Assembly (NCBI GenBank): GCA_041665005.1
Contig: JBAYJR010000009.1
Location: forward strand, 203 to 64,202
DNA length: 64,000 nucleotides
DNA from: Candidatus Buchananbacteria bacterium
Lineage (GTDB): Bacteria; Patescibacteriota; Patescibacteriia; 2-01-FULL-39-33; JBAYJR01
Direction: 5' to 3'
Positions 36,486-45,649 of the stretch are shown here, piece after piece. Positions within the stretch are counted from its first letter, which is position 1. Every line of letters starts with the position of its first letter. The notes beneath the pieces are model-generated. The model did not search any database. It saw only the letters and a program-made list of their open reading frames with translations, and was not told the origin of the DNA. The position numbers were made by a program, and so were the translations under genes.

Positions 36486-37653
36486 CCCGCTAGTTTCAAC
36501 TAAAATATTTATTGCGATTTTTGTTTTAGGGTTACTGTGGTCATTGCGCCGTAAAAATTATGCGGAATTATTTCCGCCTAGGCTAACTCAAGAGCTTAAA
36601 GGGTTGGCGATTTTAGCGGTGGTTTTTTCTCATGTGGGTTATTTTTTAGCGACTGATCATCGTTTTTTATTTCCGCTGTCTATTTTGGCCGGCGTGGGGG
36701 TGGATTTATTTTTATTTTTATCCGGCTATGGTTTAACGATTAGTGCTCTTAAAAACAAATTGTCCGCTGGCAAATTTTATTATAAATATTTTTTAAAATT
36801 ATTAATTCCTTTTTGGTTGGTAACTTTTTGTTTGTTATGTTTAGATTTCTTTTGGCTGCATCTGGTTTATACTTGGCCGTATATCATCCGGTCTTGGTTT
36901 GGTATTTTTACGCGCGCTGATCTATTTTTAGACATTAACTCACCATTTTGGTTTTTAACGCCACTGCTCTTTTATTATTTAATTTTTCCGTGGATTTTTT
37001 GCAAACAACATCCCTGGTTGACGGCGGTTATTATTTATGTCGGCTCGTATTTTGTTTTACAACTAAATCTTCCGGTCTCTAGTGGGGTTTTAGATTTGTA
37101 TCAGTTGCATTTTTTAGCTTTTCCGTTGGGTGTCGCCGTAGCTGCTTTATTTTCTAAGTTTGGTTATGTTAAAGATTCGTTAGCAATTAAGCGGGGATTT
37201 ATTTTTGCCAAACTAAAACCGCTAGTTGGGTTAGAAATAATCCTGGCTAAACTTAGAACACCCGGAGTTTTTTGGCAAAGCTTAAAAATTATTAAGCAGC
37301 TAGCTTACTATGCAGTTTTAATTGGTTGGTTAGGATTAATTGGTTATTTGGCTTATCATTCGGGGGTCGGCAAAAGTTTAGGCACGGAGCGCTTGATTAG
37401 TTTAATTACAGTTGGTTTGATAGTTGGTTTTTTTGTAATAAATAAATTTGAAAGCAAGCTGCTTGTTTGGTTTGGTTTTTATGCTTATGAAATTTATTTA
37501 ATACATTGGCCGCTAATGTCGCGCTATGATTTTTTGTTTAAATGGTTACCTGGCTGGCTGGCGATGATTCTTTATCTTGGTCTTTTTTTAGCTTTGGCTG
37601 GGGGGTTGAAAAAAATTTCTGATAAAATTCAACGGCTAAAAATTTTAAATTGA
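36466..37653 (+). CDS. Acyltransferase family 3 (OatA-like membrane O-acyltransferase)
   Basis: 10 TM helices; N-terminal …ILAVVFSHVGYFL… His motif. Confidence 0.8.
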   Translation: MPILIIDPLVSTKIFIAIFVLGLLWSLRRKNYAELFPPRLTQELKGLAILAVVFSHVGYFLATDHRFLFPLSILAGVGVDLFLFLSGYGLTISALKNKLSAGKFYYKYFLKLLIPFWLVTFCLLCLDFFWLHLVYTWPYIIRSWFGIFTRADLFLDINSPFWFLTPLLFYYLIFPWIFCKQHPWLTAVIIYVGSYFVLQLNLPVSSGVLDLYQLHFLAFPLGVAVAALFSKFGYVKDSLAIKRGFIFAKLKPLVGLEIILAKLRTPGVFWQSLKIIKQLAYYAVLIGWLGLIGYLAYHSGVGKSLGTERLISLITVGLIVGFFVINKFESKLLVWFGFYAYEIYLIHWPLMSRYDFLFKWLPGWLAMILYLGLFLALAGGLKKISDKIQRLKILN

Positions 37654-37759
37654 GATAATTATTTTATTTGTTCTAGGGCTGTTTTTTGGTTTAAATGGTT
37701 AAAAATGGTTTTAACTGCCTAATTAGGCAGTTTTTTTAATTAAATATCAAAAGCGGTAT

Positions 37760-38908
37760 TTAACTTTTTTTGATTAATGCTTTAGAAACCCATTGATTAA
37801 TACCAATCCGATACCAACCATTTTTTTCTTCAAAAACTCGGACGGCGGTGCCTTTGGCCAGTTTGGTAACAATAGAGTATTTGGTGGCGGGGCCACGGCG
37901 GACATTTAAGTCATTAGTATTAGCTGTGCCGCGCGATAAAATAGTTATCGCTCCCATCATTAGAGGTAGGGTTCTCACTGGTTCTACAAAAAATTGTCCG
38001 GGTAAGTTGTAGCCGCAAGTGGCGCTACCGCCACCGTCGGCTTGTAGTTGATGTTCGGGCGGGATTCCGGCTGCCGTTAGGGCTGCGCTGGCCTCTTGTA
38101 TAGTAGCTTGCTGACTGCAATAGATTAATAGTTCGGAGTTGTTGGCTGAAACACCTAAAAATAATCGTGCGGTAGCCACACTAGTGCCTTCGTTTCTAGT
38201 AACGGTTGGGGCAAAACCTTCCAAGGCTTGATCGCCAGTTTTGGCGTCAATAAAAGTCGCGGAATTAAAATTTTCAATTAGTGCTTGGCCAGTTTGGTTA
38301 TTAATAATTAGCATGCGTCGTTCTTCGGCTAAATCAGCAATTGGTCGACTGCCACTAGTAATTAAAGTGGTAGTGCCGACTAAGGATTTTAGAGCAAAAC
38401 TTAAATCAGTGGTGGGTAAGGTTACATTAAAAAAGGGCGCGCTCCAAATAAATTTAGCGCCCGGAGCAATTTGTTTATTGGTTTCGGCTACGGTCCGCAA
38501 AAAAGCAAAATTATGGAAATCATTAGCGGCGGTAGTAGTGGTGCTGCTAGCCAAGAGTTCACTGGTGGTAGTGTTGGAATTAGTTAAATTGGCAGTTATT
38601 AAATTAGAAATAAAATCAGGACTAGCTAAACCCCAATCAAGAGGAGTGCTAGAAGAAGTGATAAATTCTATTTGATTTTGTGGCAGATAAATTTTAGTTA
38701 AAAAATCTAGTGAACCATTGCCATCGGGGGCTTTAAAAAATGAGGCCACTCCCGGTGCTTTAGCCCAAGTAATTGCAGTATAGCCATCTGGTGTAGTAGG
38801 CCTCCAAGTGGTTTTGGTTGTTGCTGCTGCGGCCAAAGTGGGGTTAGTAAAAATAGAGCTAACGATAAAGGCTAGAATAAATAACGGCGCTAAGGATGAT
38901 TTTTTCAT
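37760..38908 (-). CDS. Secreted protein with C-terminal bacterial SH3 (SH3b) domain
   Basis: Signal peptide MKKSSLAPLFILAFIVSSIF…; C-terminal …NDLNVRRGPATKYSIVTKLAKGTAVRVFEEKNGWYRI… SH3b signature. Confidence 0.65.
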   Translation of the reverse strand: MKKSSLAPLFILAFIVSSIFTNPTLAAAATTKTTWRPTTPDGYTAITWAKAPGVASFFKAPDGNGSLDFLTKIYLPQNQIEFITSSSTPLDWGLASPDFISNLITANLTNSNTTTSELLASSTTTTAANDFHNFAFLRTVAETNKQIAPGAKFIWSAPFFNVTLPTTDLSFALKSLVGTTTLITSGSRPIADLAEERRMLIINNQTGQALIENFNSATFIDAKTGDQALEGFAPTVTRNEGTSVATARLFLGVSANNSELLIYCSQQATIQEASAALTAAGIPPEHQLQADGGGSATCGYNLPGQFFVEPVRTLPLMMGAITILSRGTANTNDLNVRRGPATKYSIVTKLAKGTAVRVFEEKNGWYRIGINQWVSKALIKKS

Positions 38909-39001
38909 AAAATATTTTGGCTAAAAATAAAATTTAATTATCATTATTATAACACAAATTAAAAAATTATTCTGAGGCTAGTATCGTTTATTTTTTTGGT
39001 T

Positions 39002-39041
39002 TTGACAATAGAGTCAAAAAGTGGGAGAATATAGTTATTAT
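39002..39041 (+). promoter_or_regulatory. Promoter-like element X1 (TTGACAATAGAGTCAAAAAGTGGGAGAATATAG) upstream of the GIY-YIG gene; about 75% identical to X2 at 39386
   Basis: Direct duplication of a 40-nt TTGACAAT…AAAA..TGG… block flanking the GIY-YIG ORF. Confidence 0.4.
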
Positions 39042-39108
39042 TTTTACGTGTTTGAACAATTAAAAAATAATTTTTAATTAATAAGGTCCGTGGCCAAAAC
39101 ACAACTCG

Positions 39109-39369
39109 ATGTATTATTTGTATCTTTTAAAATGTTCTGATCAAACTTTATATGCCGGTATTACTACTGAGTTAAAAAGACGAATTGATCAGCACAATAA
39201 TTCTAAGCTTGGTGCGAAATATACTGCTTACCGCCGACCAGTTAAGTTGGTTTATAGTAAAAAGTTTCGTAATCGTTCTTTAGCCACCAAAGCGGAGAGT
39301 GAGATGAAAAAGTTATCACGACTGGAAAAATTAAAGTTAATTAGATTAGCTAAGCAAAGAAGGGGGTAG
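39109..39369 (+). CDS. GIY-YIG nuclease-domain protein (UPF0213-like, 86 aa)
   Basis: …YYLYLLKCSDQTLYAGITTELKRRIDQHN… GIY-(10)-YAG + Arg/His core. Confidence 0.85.
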   Translation: MYYLYLLKCSDQTLYAGITTELKRRIDQHNNSKLGAKYTAYRRPVKLVYSKKFRNRSLATKAESEMKKLSRLEKLKLIRLAKQRRG

Positions 39370-39385
39370 GCCGCTTTTTTTGTTT

Positions 39386-39425
39386 TTGACAATTAGACTA
39401 AAAACTGGCACAATTAATAGAGTTT
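39386..39425 (+). promoter_or_regulatory. Promoter-like element X2 (TTGACAATTAGACTAAAAACTGGCACAATTAATAG) upstream of proS
   Basis: Paralogous to X1. Confidence 0.4.
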
Positions 39426-39464
39426 AGTCAATTTATAATAAGCCAAATAAGCAATTAATGATTT

Positions 39465-40961
39465 ATGAAAAAAATAACCGAACAAACCGAAACCAAACGG
39501 GAAAAAATAACCAAGCGCGCCGAGGATTATTCTAGGTGGTATCTTGATGTTATTCGCGAAGCTAGTTTATTAGACGACTCACCAGTTAAAGGTTGTATGA
39601 TTATGCGTCCTTATGGTTATGCTATTTGGGAAAAAATTCAAAAAATATTAGATGCTAAGATTAAAGAAACAGGGGCGGAAAATGCTTATTTTCCGTTGCT
39701 TATTCCCAAGAGTTTTTTGGAAAAAGAGGCCGAGCATGTAGCGGGTTTTGCTAAGGAATGCGCGGTGGTTACGCATCATCGATTGGAAGTAAATGCTAAG
39801 GGTAAATTGGTTCCGGCGGGGGAGCTGGAAGAACCACTGGTGATTCGTCCGACTTCGGAAACGATTATGTATCATACTTTTGCTAATTGGATTCAATCTT
39901 ATCGAGATTTACCCTTATTAATCAACCAATGGGCCAATGTGGTTCGGTGGGAAATGCGGACGCGTCCCTTTTTGCGCACTACGGAATTTTTATGGCAAGA
40001 AGGTCATACGGCGCATGCTAGCCAAGCAGAAGCCGAGCAAAAAACTTTACAGATGATCGGCGTCTATCAAAAATTTGCGGAAGAATTTTTGGCTATGCCG
40101 GTAATTTGTGGTAAAAAAACGGAAGCGGAAAAATTTGCGGGTGCGGATTACACCACGAGCATTGAAGCGATGATGCAGGATGGCAAGGCGTTACAGGCTG
40201 GCACCTCGCATATGTTGGGTCAAAATTTTGCCAAAGCTTTTGCTGTTAAATTTTTGGATCAAGCCGGTGAACAAAAATATGTTTGGCAAACTAGCTGGGG
40301 AGTCAGCACGCGCATTATTGGTGCTTTGATTATGATGCATAGTGATGACAATGGTTTGGTGCTACCGCCAAATATTGCCCCTATTTCCGTAGTAATTATT
40401 CCGGTCTGGGTGACTGACGAGGAAAGGATAAACGTTTTTGCCAAAGCTGAAGAAATTTCTCAGGCCTTGCAACAGCAAATCGGTCTGACAGTAAAAATTG
40501 ATACTCGTGAAGGACGCCCGGGGCCCAAGTTTTTTGAATGGGAGAAAAAAGGTGTGCCAGTGCGCATTGAAATCGGACCCAAAGATTTGGCTAATGATTC
40601 AGTAGTGGTGGTGCGTAGGGATACTAGTAAAAAAGAGACGGTTTTAATGGCAGATATTAACGATCATGTTAAAAAATTATTAGACGAAATTCAGACTAAT
40701 CTTTTTCAGAAAGCCTTAGAGTTTCGTAAGGCCCATACTTACAACATCAACACTTGGGAGGAATTTCAAAAAGCGGTTAAAGCCGAAGGTGGTTTTTTGC
40801 TAGCCCCCTGGTGTGGTCAGGCTAAATGCGAAGAAAAAATTAAAGAAGAAACTAAGGCGACGATTCGGTGTTTGGCTTTTGATCAACCCCAAGAAGTTGG
40901 CAAATGTGTTTATTGTGGTGAGAAATCTGAAACTCGGGTGATTTTTGCCAAAGCTTATTAA
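39465..40961 (+). CDS. proS: Prolyl-tRNA synthetase, archaeal/eukaryotic-type (C-terminal Zn-binding domain ending in Tyr)
   Basis: Class II motifs; …RPTSETIMY…; anticodon-binding domain; C-terminal …CLAFDQP…CVYCGEKS…AKAY. Confidence 0.93.
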   Translation: MKKITEQTETKREKITKRAEDYSRWYLDVIREASLLDDSPVKGCMIMRPYGYAIWEKIQKILDAKIKETGAENAYFPLLIPKSFLEKEAEHVAGFAKECAVVTHHRLEVNAKGKLVPAGELEEPLVIRPTSETIMYHTFANWIQSYRDLPLLINQWANVVRWEMRTRPFLRTTEFLWQEGHTAHASQAEAEQKTLQMIGVYQKFAEEFLAMPVICGKKTEAEKFAGADYTTSIEAMMQDGKALQAGTSHMLGQNFAKAFAVKFLDQAGEQKYVWQTSWGVSTRIIGALIMMHSDDNGLVLPPNIAPISVVIIPVWVTDEERINVFAKAEEISQALQQQIGLTVKIDTREGRPGPKFFEWEKKGVPVRIEIGPKDLANDSVVVVRRDTSKKETVLMADINDHVKKLLDEIQTNLFQKALEFRKAHTYNINTWEEFQKAVKAEGGFLLAPWCGQAKCEEKIKEETKATIRCLAFDQPQEVGKCVYCGEKSETRVIFAKAY

Positions 40962-41004
40962 GTTTAGAGTATAAATAAATTTTAGCAGCGTTTAAATTTA
41001 AAGT

Positions 41005-41292
41005 ATGCCCCTTGAAGAATTGCAGGTGGTCAAGAAGCTAAAAACTTTGGTGCAGGTTAGTCTCATGACTAAAAAACAAATAGTAGAGGCAGAAGAAAAA
41101 AACGCCAAAGAGCATCGGTTAACTAATCAACTACAAGAAAAAGCGGACGAAGTTAAAGTTAGCAAGGCCCAGCAGGAATTAAAAGTGGAAACCGAAATAA
41201 CCAATCAGACTTGTTCGGGGATGGCTAGGGTGTTAATAGTCAGCTTAGTACTTAATCTTATTTTTTTTGCAATTTTAGTATTAACTTGGTAG
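41005..41292 (+). CDS. Hypothetical coiled-coil protein with C-terminal TM anchor
   Basis: 95-aa ORF terminated by the AATCGCC hairpin terminator. Confidence 0.45.
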   Translation: MPLEELQVVKKLKTLVQVSLMTKKQIVEAEEKNAKEHRLTNQLQEKADEVKVSKAQQELKVETEITNQTCSGMARVLIVSLVLNLIFFAILVLTW

Positions 41293-41367
41293 GAGTTTTG
41301 GTTAAAATAAAAAAGGGTTACGTCAGTTAAAAAACTAAATTTGGTGAGGCTAGGGGAAGATTCAAAA

Positions 41368-41390
41368 ATCGCCAAGTCGGCGATTTTTTA
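41368..41390 (+). terminator. AATCGCC-type hairpin (ATCGCC-AAGTC-GGCGAT) + TTTTTT acting as a terminator; this copy has no -10
   Basis: Same stem sequence as the promoter-associated copies. Confidence 0.6.
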
Positions 41391-41420
41391 TTTTTTAAAA
41401 TTATTTATTTTTAATAAAAA

Positions 41421-41450
41421 AAGAGACGTTTTAATTTTTAAACGTCTCTT
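41421..41450 (-). terminator. Intrinsic terminator for the minus-strand gene 41464-42300: 11-bp perfect stem AAGAGACGTTT/AAACGTCTCTT preceded by A-run (T-run on minus strand)
   Basis: Perfect inverted repeat 41421-41431/41440-41450. Confidence 0.65.
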
Positions 41451-41463
41451 GGAATATTTAGAT

Positions 41464-42300
41464 TTATTTGCCAAGCAGGCCGAGCGAGACAATTAAATCA
41501 TCAAGTTTATTGGCGATGGCTACTTCGCCGTATTTTTTTTGGTGGTCGCCACTTAAACCTTCGTTGAGTTTATAAATTTCCTCAACTTCGACTACAGTTG
41601 GCAAGCCTTTTGATTCGCCTGTTTGAAAAAGTGGAAAATCATATTTCAGTAAAGCGACTTTACCTTGATAATTTTGTAAGAAAATTTCAATCCGTCGGTG
41701 ATTGCTACCACCGCAACAATAATTATCAAAAGCGGTTAGCAGTTCTGGGTGTGGCAATTTTCTTTCAGCTGCTATAATTTTATTGAGATTTTCCACGATT
41801 CTTTTTTTGATCGTGAATCCGGAGTAATCCTGGATCTCAATTTTATACTCTTGGCAAAGTTTTTCCAAGAAAAACAAAATTGCAAATTTTAGCTTTAAAT
41901 CAAAACAGGAATTGTTACAAATGGCAAATCGGTGCCATTCGTGCAGAGGAGTAAAATCCTCTAGTATATTTTTAGTCCCAGGTCTTTCTAAAGTTAATCG
42001 GTTTCTGGAGTTTTTCCAACCGATTAAAATTCGGAAAGGTCTAAGGTCAAAACCACTGTAGCTGGCGCCAGTGGCCAGGTAGGTTTGAGGTAGTTCTGCT
42101 CGGTCGTCATGTATTGACATTAGAAGGCTCATAATAGCCTGCCCAATTTCCTGTTCAATTCTTTTTTGCTGTCTTTTTTCTCGTCTTTTTACTTTTTTGT
42201 TATCCTCTCCCAGAATACTTGTTCTGGAAGAAATTAGCTCCAGGTTAAAGGTTTCGCAACTTTTTACAGGTTGGTTAACGAGTTGGTTGGTTTTAGCCAT
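41464..42300 (-). CDS. Hypothetical protein (278 aa), no recognisable motif
   Basis: Clean ORF with its own terminator; N-terminal lysine/arginine-rich stretch. Confidence 0.55.
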   Translation of the reverse strand: MAKTNQLVNQPVKSCETFNLELISSRTSILGEDNKKVKRREKRQQKRIEQEIGQAIMSLLMSIHDDRAELPQTYLATGASYSGFDLRPFRILIGWKNSRNRLTLERPGTKNILEDFTPLHEWHRFAICNNSCFDLKLKFAILFFLEKLCQEYKIEIQDYSGFTIKKRIVENLNKIIAAERKLPHPELLTAFDNYCCGGSNHRRIEIFLQNYQGKVALLKYDFPLFQTGESKGLPTVVEVEEIYKLNEGLSGDHQKKYGEVAIANKLDDLIVSLGLLGK

Positions 42301-42392
42301 AGCAATGGCCTCCTTTGATTTTTAATAAACTTAGCTTAGTGGATAGGGCGATTTTTGTCAATAGTCTTAAAGCGATAAAATAAAAAAGCGCA

Positions 42393-42524
42393 TTAATGAA
42401 AATGCGCTGGTTCAAAATAACTCATTAGAGTTACAGCAATAACTGATATGCCGATCATCAAGGCAATTGTTTTGCCAAGCATTACGGCCAGATCTTTTAT
42501 TAGATCTGATTTTTTATAGTTCAT
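42393..42524 (-). CDS. Possible small membrane protein (43 aa) with GGAGGA RBS
   Basis: rc of 42393-42524 = MNYKKSDLIKDLAVMLGKTIALMIGISVIAVTLMSYFEPAHFH*; RBS rc of 42530-42535; the stop lies in hairpin AGCGCAT/ATGCGCT. Confidence 0.3.
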   Translation of the reverse strand: MNYKKSDLIKDLAVMLGKTIALMIGISVIAVTLMSYFEPAHFH

Positions 42525-42636
42525 AATTTCCTCCTTTGATTTGATAAAAATTTAGCATAAAACTATATTTTTGTCAAACATTGTTAGTTTGTGATGATTG
42601 TTTAAAACGGTTGAGATCTGATATAATTAAAACATT

Positions 42637-43977
42637 ATGTGCAAGGTTCCCATCAAATATGTGGTTTTTTTGTTAGCGGTATTTTTTTTAATGTCCGCAA
42701 GGATTAATTTTGCGTTGGCCCAAACCAGCGCTTCACAGTTGCTAACAGAACAGCGCACAGAATTAGAACGGCAACTGCAGGCGATTGAACAGGAAATTGT
42801 CCAATATCAACAACAGTTGACAACTACGCAAGCGCAAAAAAACACTTTAAATAATAAAATTAAAGAATTAAAAACTAAACAAACTGGGTTAACTTTACAG
42901 ATCAAGCAGAAAAATTTACAGTTGAAGAAATTAGAGGGGCAATTAACGCAAACCCAGGAGCAACTAGAAAAAAATCAAAAGAAATCTTTAGATTTGCACG
43001 AACAACTGGTCCTGACCACGCGGCAACTTTTTTTATTTGATCAGTACTCCTGGTTGGATATTTTTGTCTCGGTTAAAAGTTTTTCTGAATTTTATAATTA
43101 TTTACACGCCTATGACGTATTAAGCGACAAAGTAACTAAATTGGTGGCGCAACTGCAGGAAGTAACTGGACAGCTAAAAGATCAAAAACAAAATTTATTA
43201 GATCAAAAAGAAGAGCAGCAAAATTATATTTCAATTATTAATTTACAGCAGTCGCAGTTGACCTCTAATTTAAAAGATCAGAATAGCTTGTTGCAACAAA
43301 CTAAAGGCCAAGAAGCTAATTATCAGGCAATTTTGGAACAGACCAAGAAGCGAGCGGCCGAGATTCGTGGTCGGATTTATAGTTTGTTTGGTGTCACCAC
43401 ACAAGTTACTTTCGGTGAGGCAGTGCAGATTGCTAATTGGACTGCTAAACAAACGGGAGTGCGTGCTGCTTTTTTGTTAGCAGTGTTAACGCAAGAATCA
43501 AATTTAGGTAAAAATGTTGGCACTTGCAATCGCGTAGGCGATCCGCCCGAAAAAGGTTGGCAGGTAATTATGAAACCCGAACGCGACCAAAAACCCTTTT
43601 TGCAAATTACGGAAGAATTAGGTTTGGATCCAGATGTTACGCCGGTTTCTTGTCCAATGCGAGATAAAAATGGCAATCAGATTGGCTGGGGTGGAGCGAT
43701 GGGCCCGGCTCAGTTTATTCCCTCTACTTGGTTGGGGTATCGTAGTAAAGTTGCAGCCTTGACTGGTAAAACAGCCAACCCCTGGGATATTCGTGATGCT
43801 TTTGTGGCCGCGGCGATTAAGTTAAAAGCCGATGGAGCGGGTACGGTTAGCGGTGAGTGGGCCGCGGCAATGAAATATTTTTCGGGTTCAACTAATACTG
43901 CTTTTAGATTTTATGGCGATAATGTGGTCGCGGTGGCTAAACAATATCAGCAAGATATTGATGATTTAAATAAATAA
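42637..43977 (+). CDS. Membrane-anchored long coiled-coil protein with C-terminal lytic transglycosylase-like (SLT) domain
   Basis: About 230-aa Q/L-rich coiled coil; C-terminal …LLAVLTQESNLG… (catalytic Glu-Ser) and …GPAQFIPSTW… resembling SLT motifs. Confidence 0.6.
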   Translation: MCKVPIKYVVFLLAVFFLMSARINFALAQTSASQLLTEQRTELERQLQAIEQEIVQYQQQLTTTQAQKNTLNNKIKELKTKQTGLTLQIKQKNLQLKKLEGQLTQTQEQLEKNQKKSLDLHEQLVLTTRQLFLFDQYSWLDIFVSVKSFSEFYNYLHAYDVLSDKVTKLVAQLQEVTGQLKDQKQNLLDQKEEQQNYISIINLQQSQLTSNLKDQNSLLQQTKGQEANYQAILEQTKKRAAEIRGRIYSLFGVTTQVTFGEAVQIANWTAKQTGVRAAFLLAVLTQESNLGKNVGTCNRVGDPPEKGWQVIMKPERDQKPFLQITEELGLDPDVTPVSCPMRDKNGNQIGWGGAMGPAQFIPSTWLGYRSKVAALTGKTANPWDIRDAFVAAAIKLKADGAGTVSGEWAAAMKYFSGSTNTAFRFYGDNVVAVAKQYQQDIDDLNK

Positions 43978-43980
43978 TTT

Positions 43981-45195
43981 TTGGTCCAAATTATGAATAA
44001 ACGGCGTTTAGTAGTTATCAGTTTAATTATTTTGGGTCTAAGCGGCCTAATTTTTTGTTATCAACAAATTAAAAATAAGCAACTAACTAAAGAAGCCTTT
44101 CCTGAAAAAACTACCTATAGTAAAAACTTAGAAATAACTGCTCAGGCGACTTATGCGGCCTTGATGACTCAGGCTTTAGTAAATAATAATTTAGCTCAAC
44201 AAATTTTTTTAGCCGCTAAGCCAGTTTATGATTTGAGTAAAATTAGGACCGGTAATAATTTTAAATTAGTTTACGAAGTCAAAACTAATGAGTTAAAACA
44301 ATTGGTTTATGCGATTGATACAGAGCAAGAATTATTGGTAACTAGATCAATTAGTACCACCACTCCGGAGTGGTTGGCTAAAATTTTGCCGATTAATTAT
44401 CAGATTAAAATTAAAACCGTCGCGGGCACGATTGATAGTTCGTTATATGAATCGGCGTTAGCGCAAAATTTAGATGAGCGAGCGGTGATTGCTTTTGCTG
44501 ATGCTTTTCAGTGGAGTGTTGATTTTGCTTGGGAAGTAAGGAAAGGTGATACTTATAAATTTATTTATGAAGAGCGCTATCGCGATGGCCAGTATGTAAT
44601 GCCGGGCGAGGTTTTAGCCGGAAAATTTGTTAATGACGGTAAAACTTTGTATGCTTTTTATTATCAAGAGTCCGCTAAGAATTTTGGTTATTTTGATGAA
44701 CAAGGAAAATCCGCGCAAAAGATTTTTTTAAAAGCGCCGTTAGCCTTTAAATATATTTCTTCAGCTTTTACTACGGGGTTGCGTTATGTCTCGGCATTCA
44801 ATGTCTCTACCGGTCATCGCGCGGTGGATTATGCGGCCACTTATGGCACGCCAATTCGGGCGGTTGGCGACGGCACGGTCAGTTTTGCCGGTTGGAACGG
44901 TGCTTATGGTCAGATGGTCAAAATTAGGCATAATGCCACGTATTCAACTAATTACGGTCATATGTCCAAAATGGCTGTGAAGGCCGGTCAGCGGGTCAAA
45001 CAGAGCCAAACCATCGGTTATGTAGGGTCAACCGGCTTTTCTACGGGGCCGCATTTGCATTATGAAATGGTCAAAAATGGCACCAAGATTAATCCGTTAA
45101 AAGAAGTTTTTCCGCCTAGTCAGGGAATTAAGGAAGAAAATAAAGCCGCTTATTTAGATGCTATTGCTAACTTAAAAAGGCAATTAGAACAATAA
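43981..45195 (+). CDS. M23-family (LytM-like) peptidoglycan metalloendopeptidase
   Basis: …HRAVDYAA…G.P…, …GSTGFSTGPHLHYEM… (HxxxD / HxH motifs); N-terminal TM. Confidence 0.85.
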   Translation: MVQIMNKRRLVVISLIILGLSGLIFCYQQIKNKQLTKEAFPEKTTYSKNLEITAQATYAALMTQALVNNNLAQQIFLAAKPVYDLSKIRTGNNFKLVYEVKTNELKQLVYAIDTEQELLVTRSISTTTPEWLAKILPINYQIKIKTVAGTIDSSLYESALAQNLDERAVIAFADAFQWSVDFAWEVRKGDTYKFIYEERYRDGQYVMPGEVLAGKFVNDGKTLYAFYYQESAKNFGYFDEQGKSAQKIFLKAPLAFKYISSAFTTGLRYVSAFNVSTGHRAVDYAATYGTPIRAVGDGTVSFAGWNGAYGQMVKIRHNATYSTNYGHMSKMAVKAGQRVKQSQTIGYVGSTGFSTGPHLHYEMVKNGTKINPLKEVFPPSQGIKEENKAAYLDAIANLKRQLEQ

Positions 45196-45243
45196 AATCG
45201 CCGTTAAAATTTTTAATCATTTGTCATAATTATTTTATTAAAT

Positions 45244-45274
45244 AATCGCCAAAGTGGCGATTTTTTGCTATAGT
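45244..45274 (+). promoter_or_regulatory. AATCGCC-type hairpin (AATCGCC-AAAGT-GGCGATT) + TTTTTT + TGcTATAGT (45269-45274)
   Basis: Fifth member of the family; upstream of the cytochrome-b5/ferric-reductase/ECF-sigma block. Confidence 0.55.
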
Positions 45275-45316
45275 AACAATTAATTATATGCAGTATTAAT
45301 CACTTAGTTAAAAATT

Positions 45317-45649
45317 ATGAAAAAAATTTTTTTGCTGTTAGGTTTGGTTTTAATTTTAACTGGTTGCACCCCAGTTGCTAAACCAGGCACTCCGGCTACA
45401 GCCGGCAATAGCCAGACCATTTATACTTTTGAACAAGTGCGGGTTGCTAGTAGTAGCAGTAAGTGTTGGACAATTATTCAGGGTAAAGTTTATGATTTGA
45501 CGGGTTTTATTAATCAGCATCCTGGTGGCAGCGAAATGATAGTTAAATTATGTGGCCAAGATGGCACGACGGCGTTTATGGCTAAGCATGGTGGTCAAAC
45601 TAATGCCGAACAGGCCTTAGTCAATTTACAAATAGGAGTATTTAAATGA
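45317..45649 (+). CDS. Lipoprotein with cytochrome b5-like heme-binding domain
   Basis: Lipobox …LILTGC…; …WTIIQGKVYDLTGFINQHPGGSEMI… (HPGG heme-ligand motif). Confidence 0.7.
   Translation: MKKIFLLLGLVLILTGCTPVAKPGTPATAGNSQTIYTFEQVRVASSSSKCWTIIQGKVYDLTGFINQHPGGSEMIVKLCGQDGTTAFMAKHGGQTNAEQALVNLQIGVFK

Noticed and set aside
38241-38675. Plus-strand 144-aa ORF inside the SH3b secreted-protein gene
   Set aside because: Antisense shadow ORF whose translation is an Ala/Val/Leu-rich mirror of the Thr/Ala-rich opposite strand.
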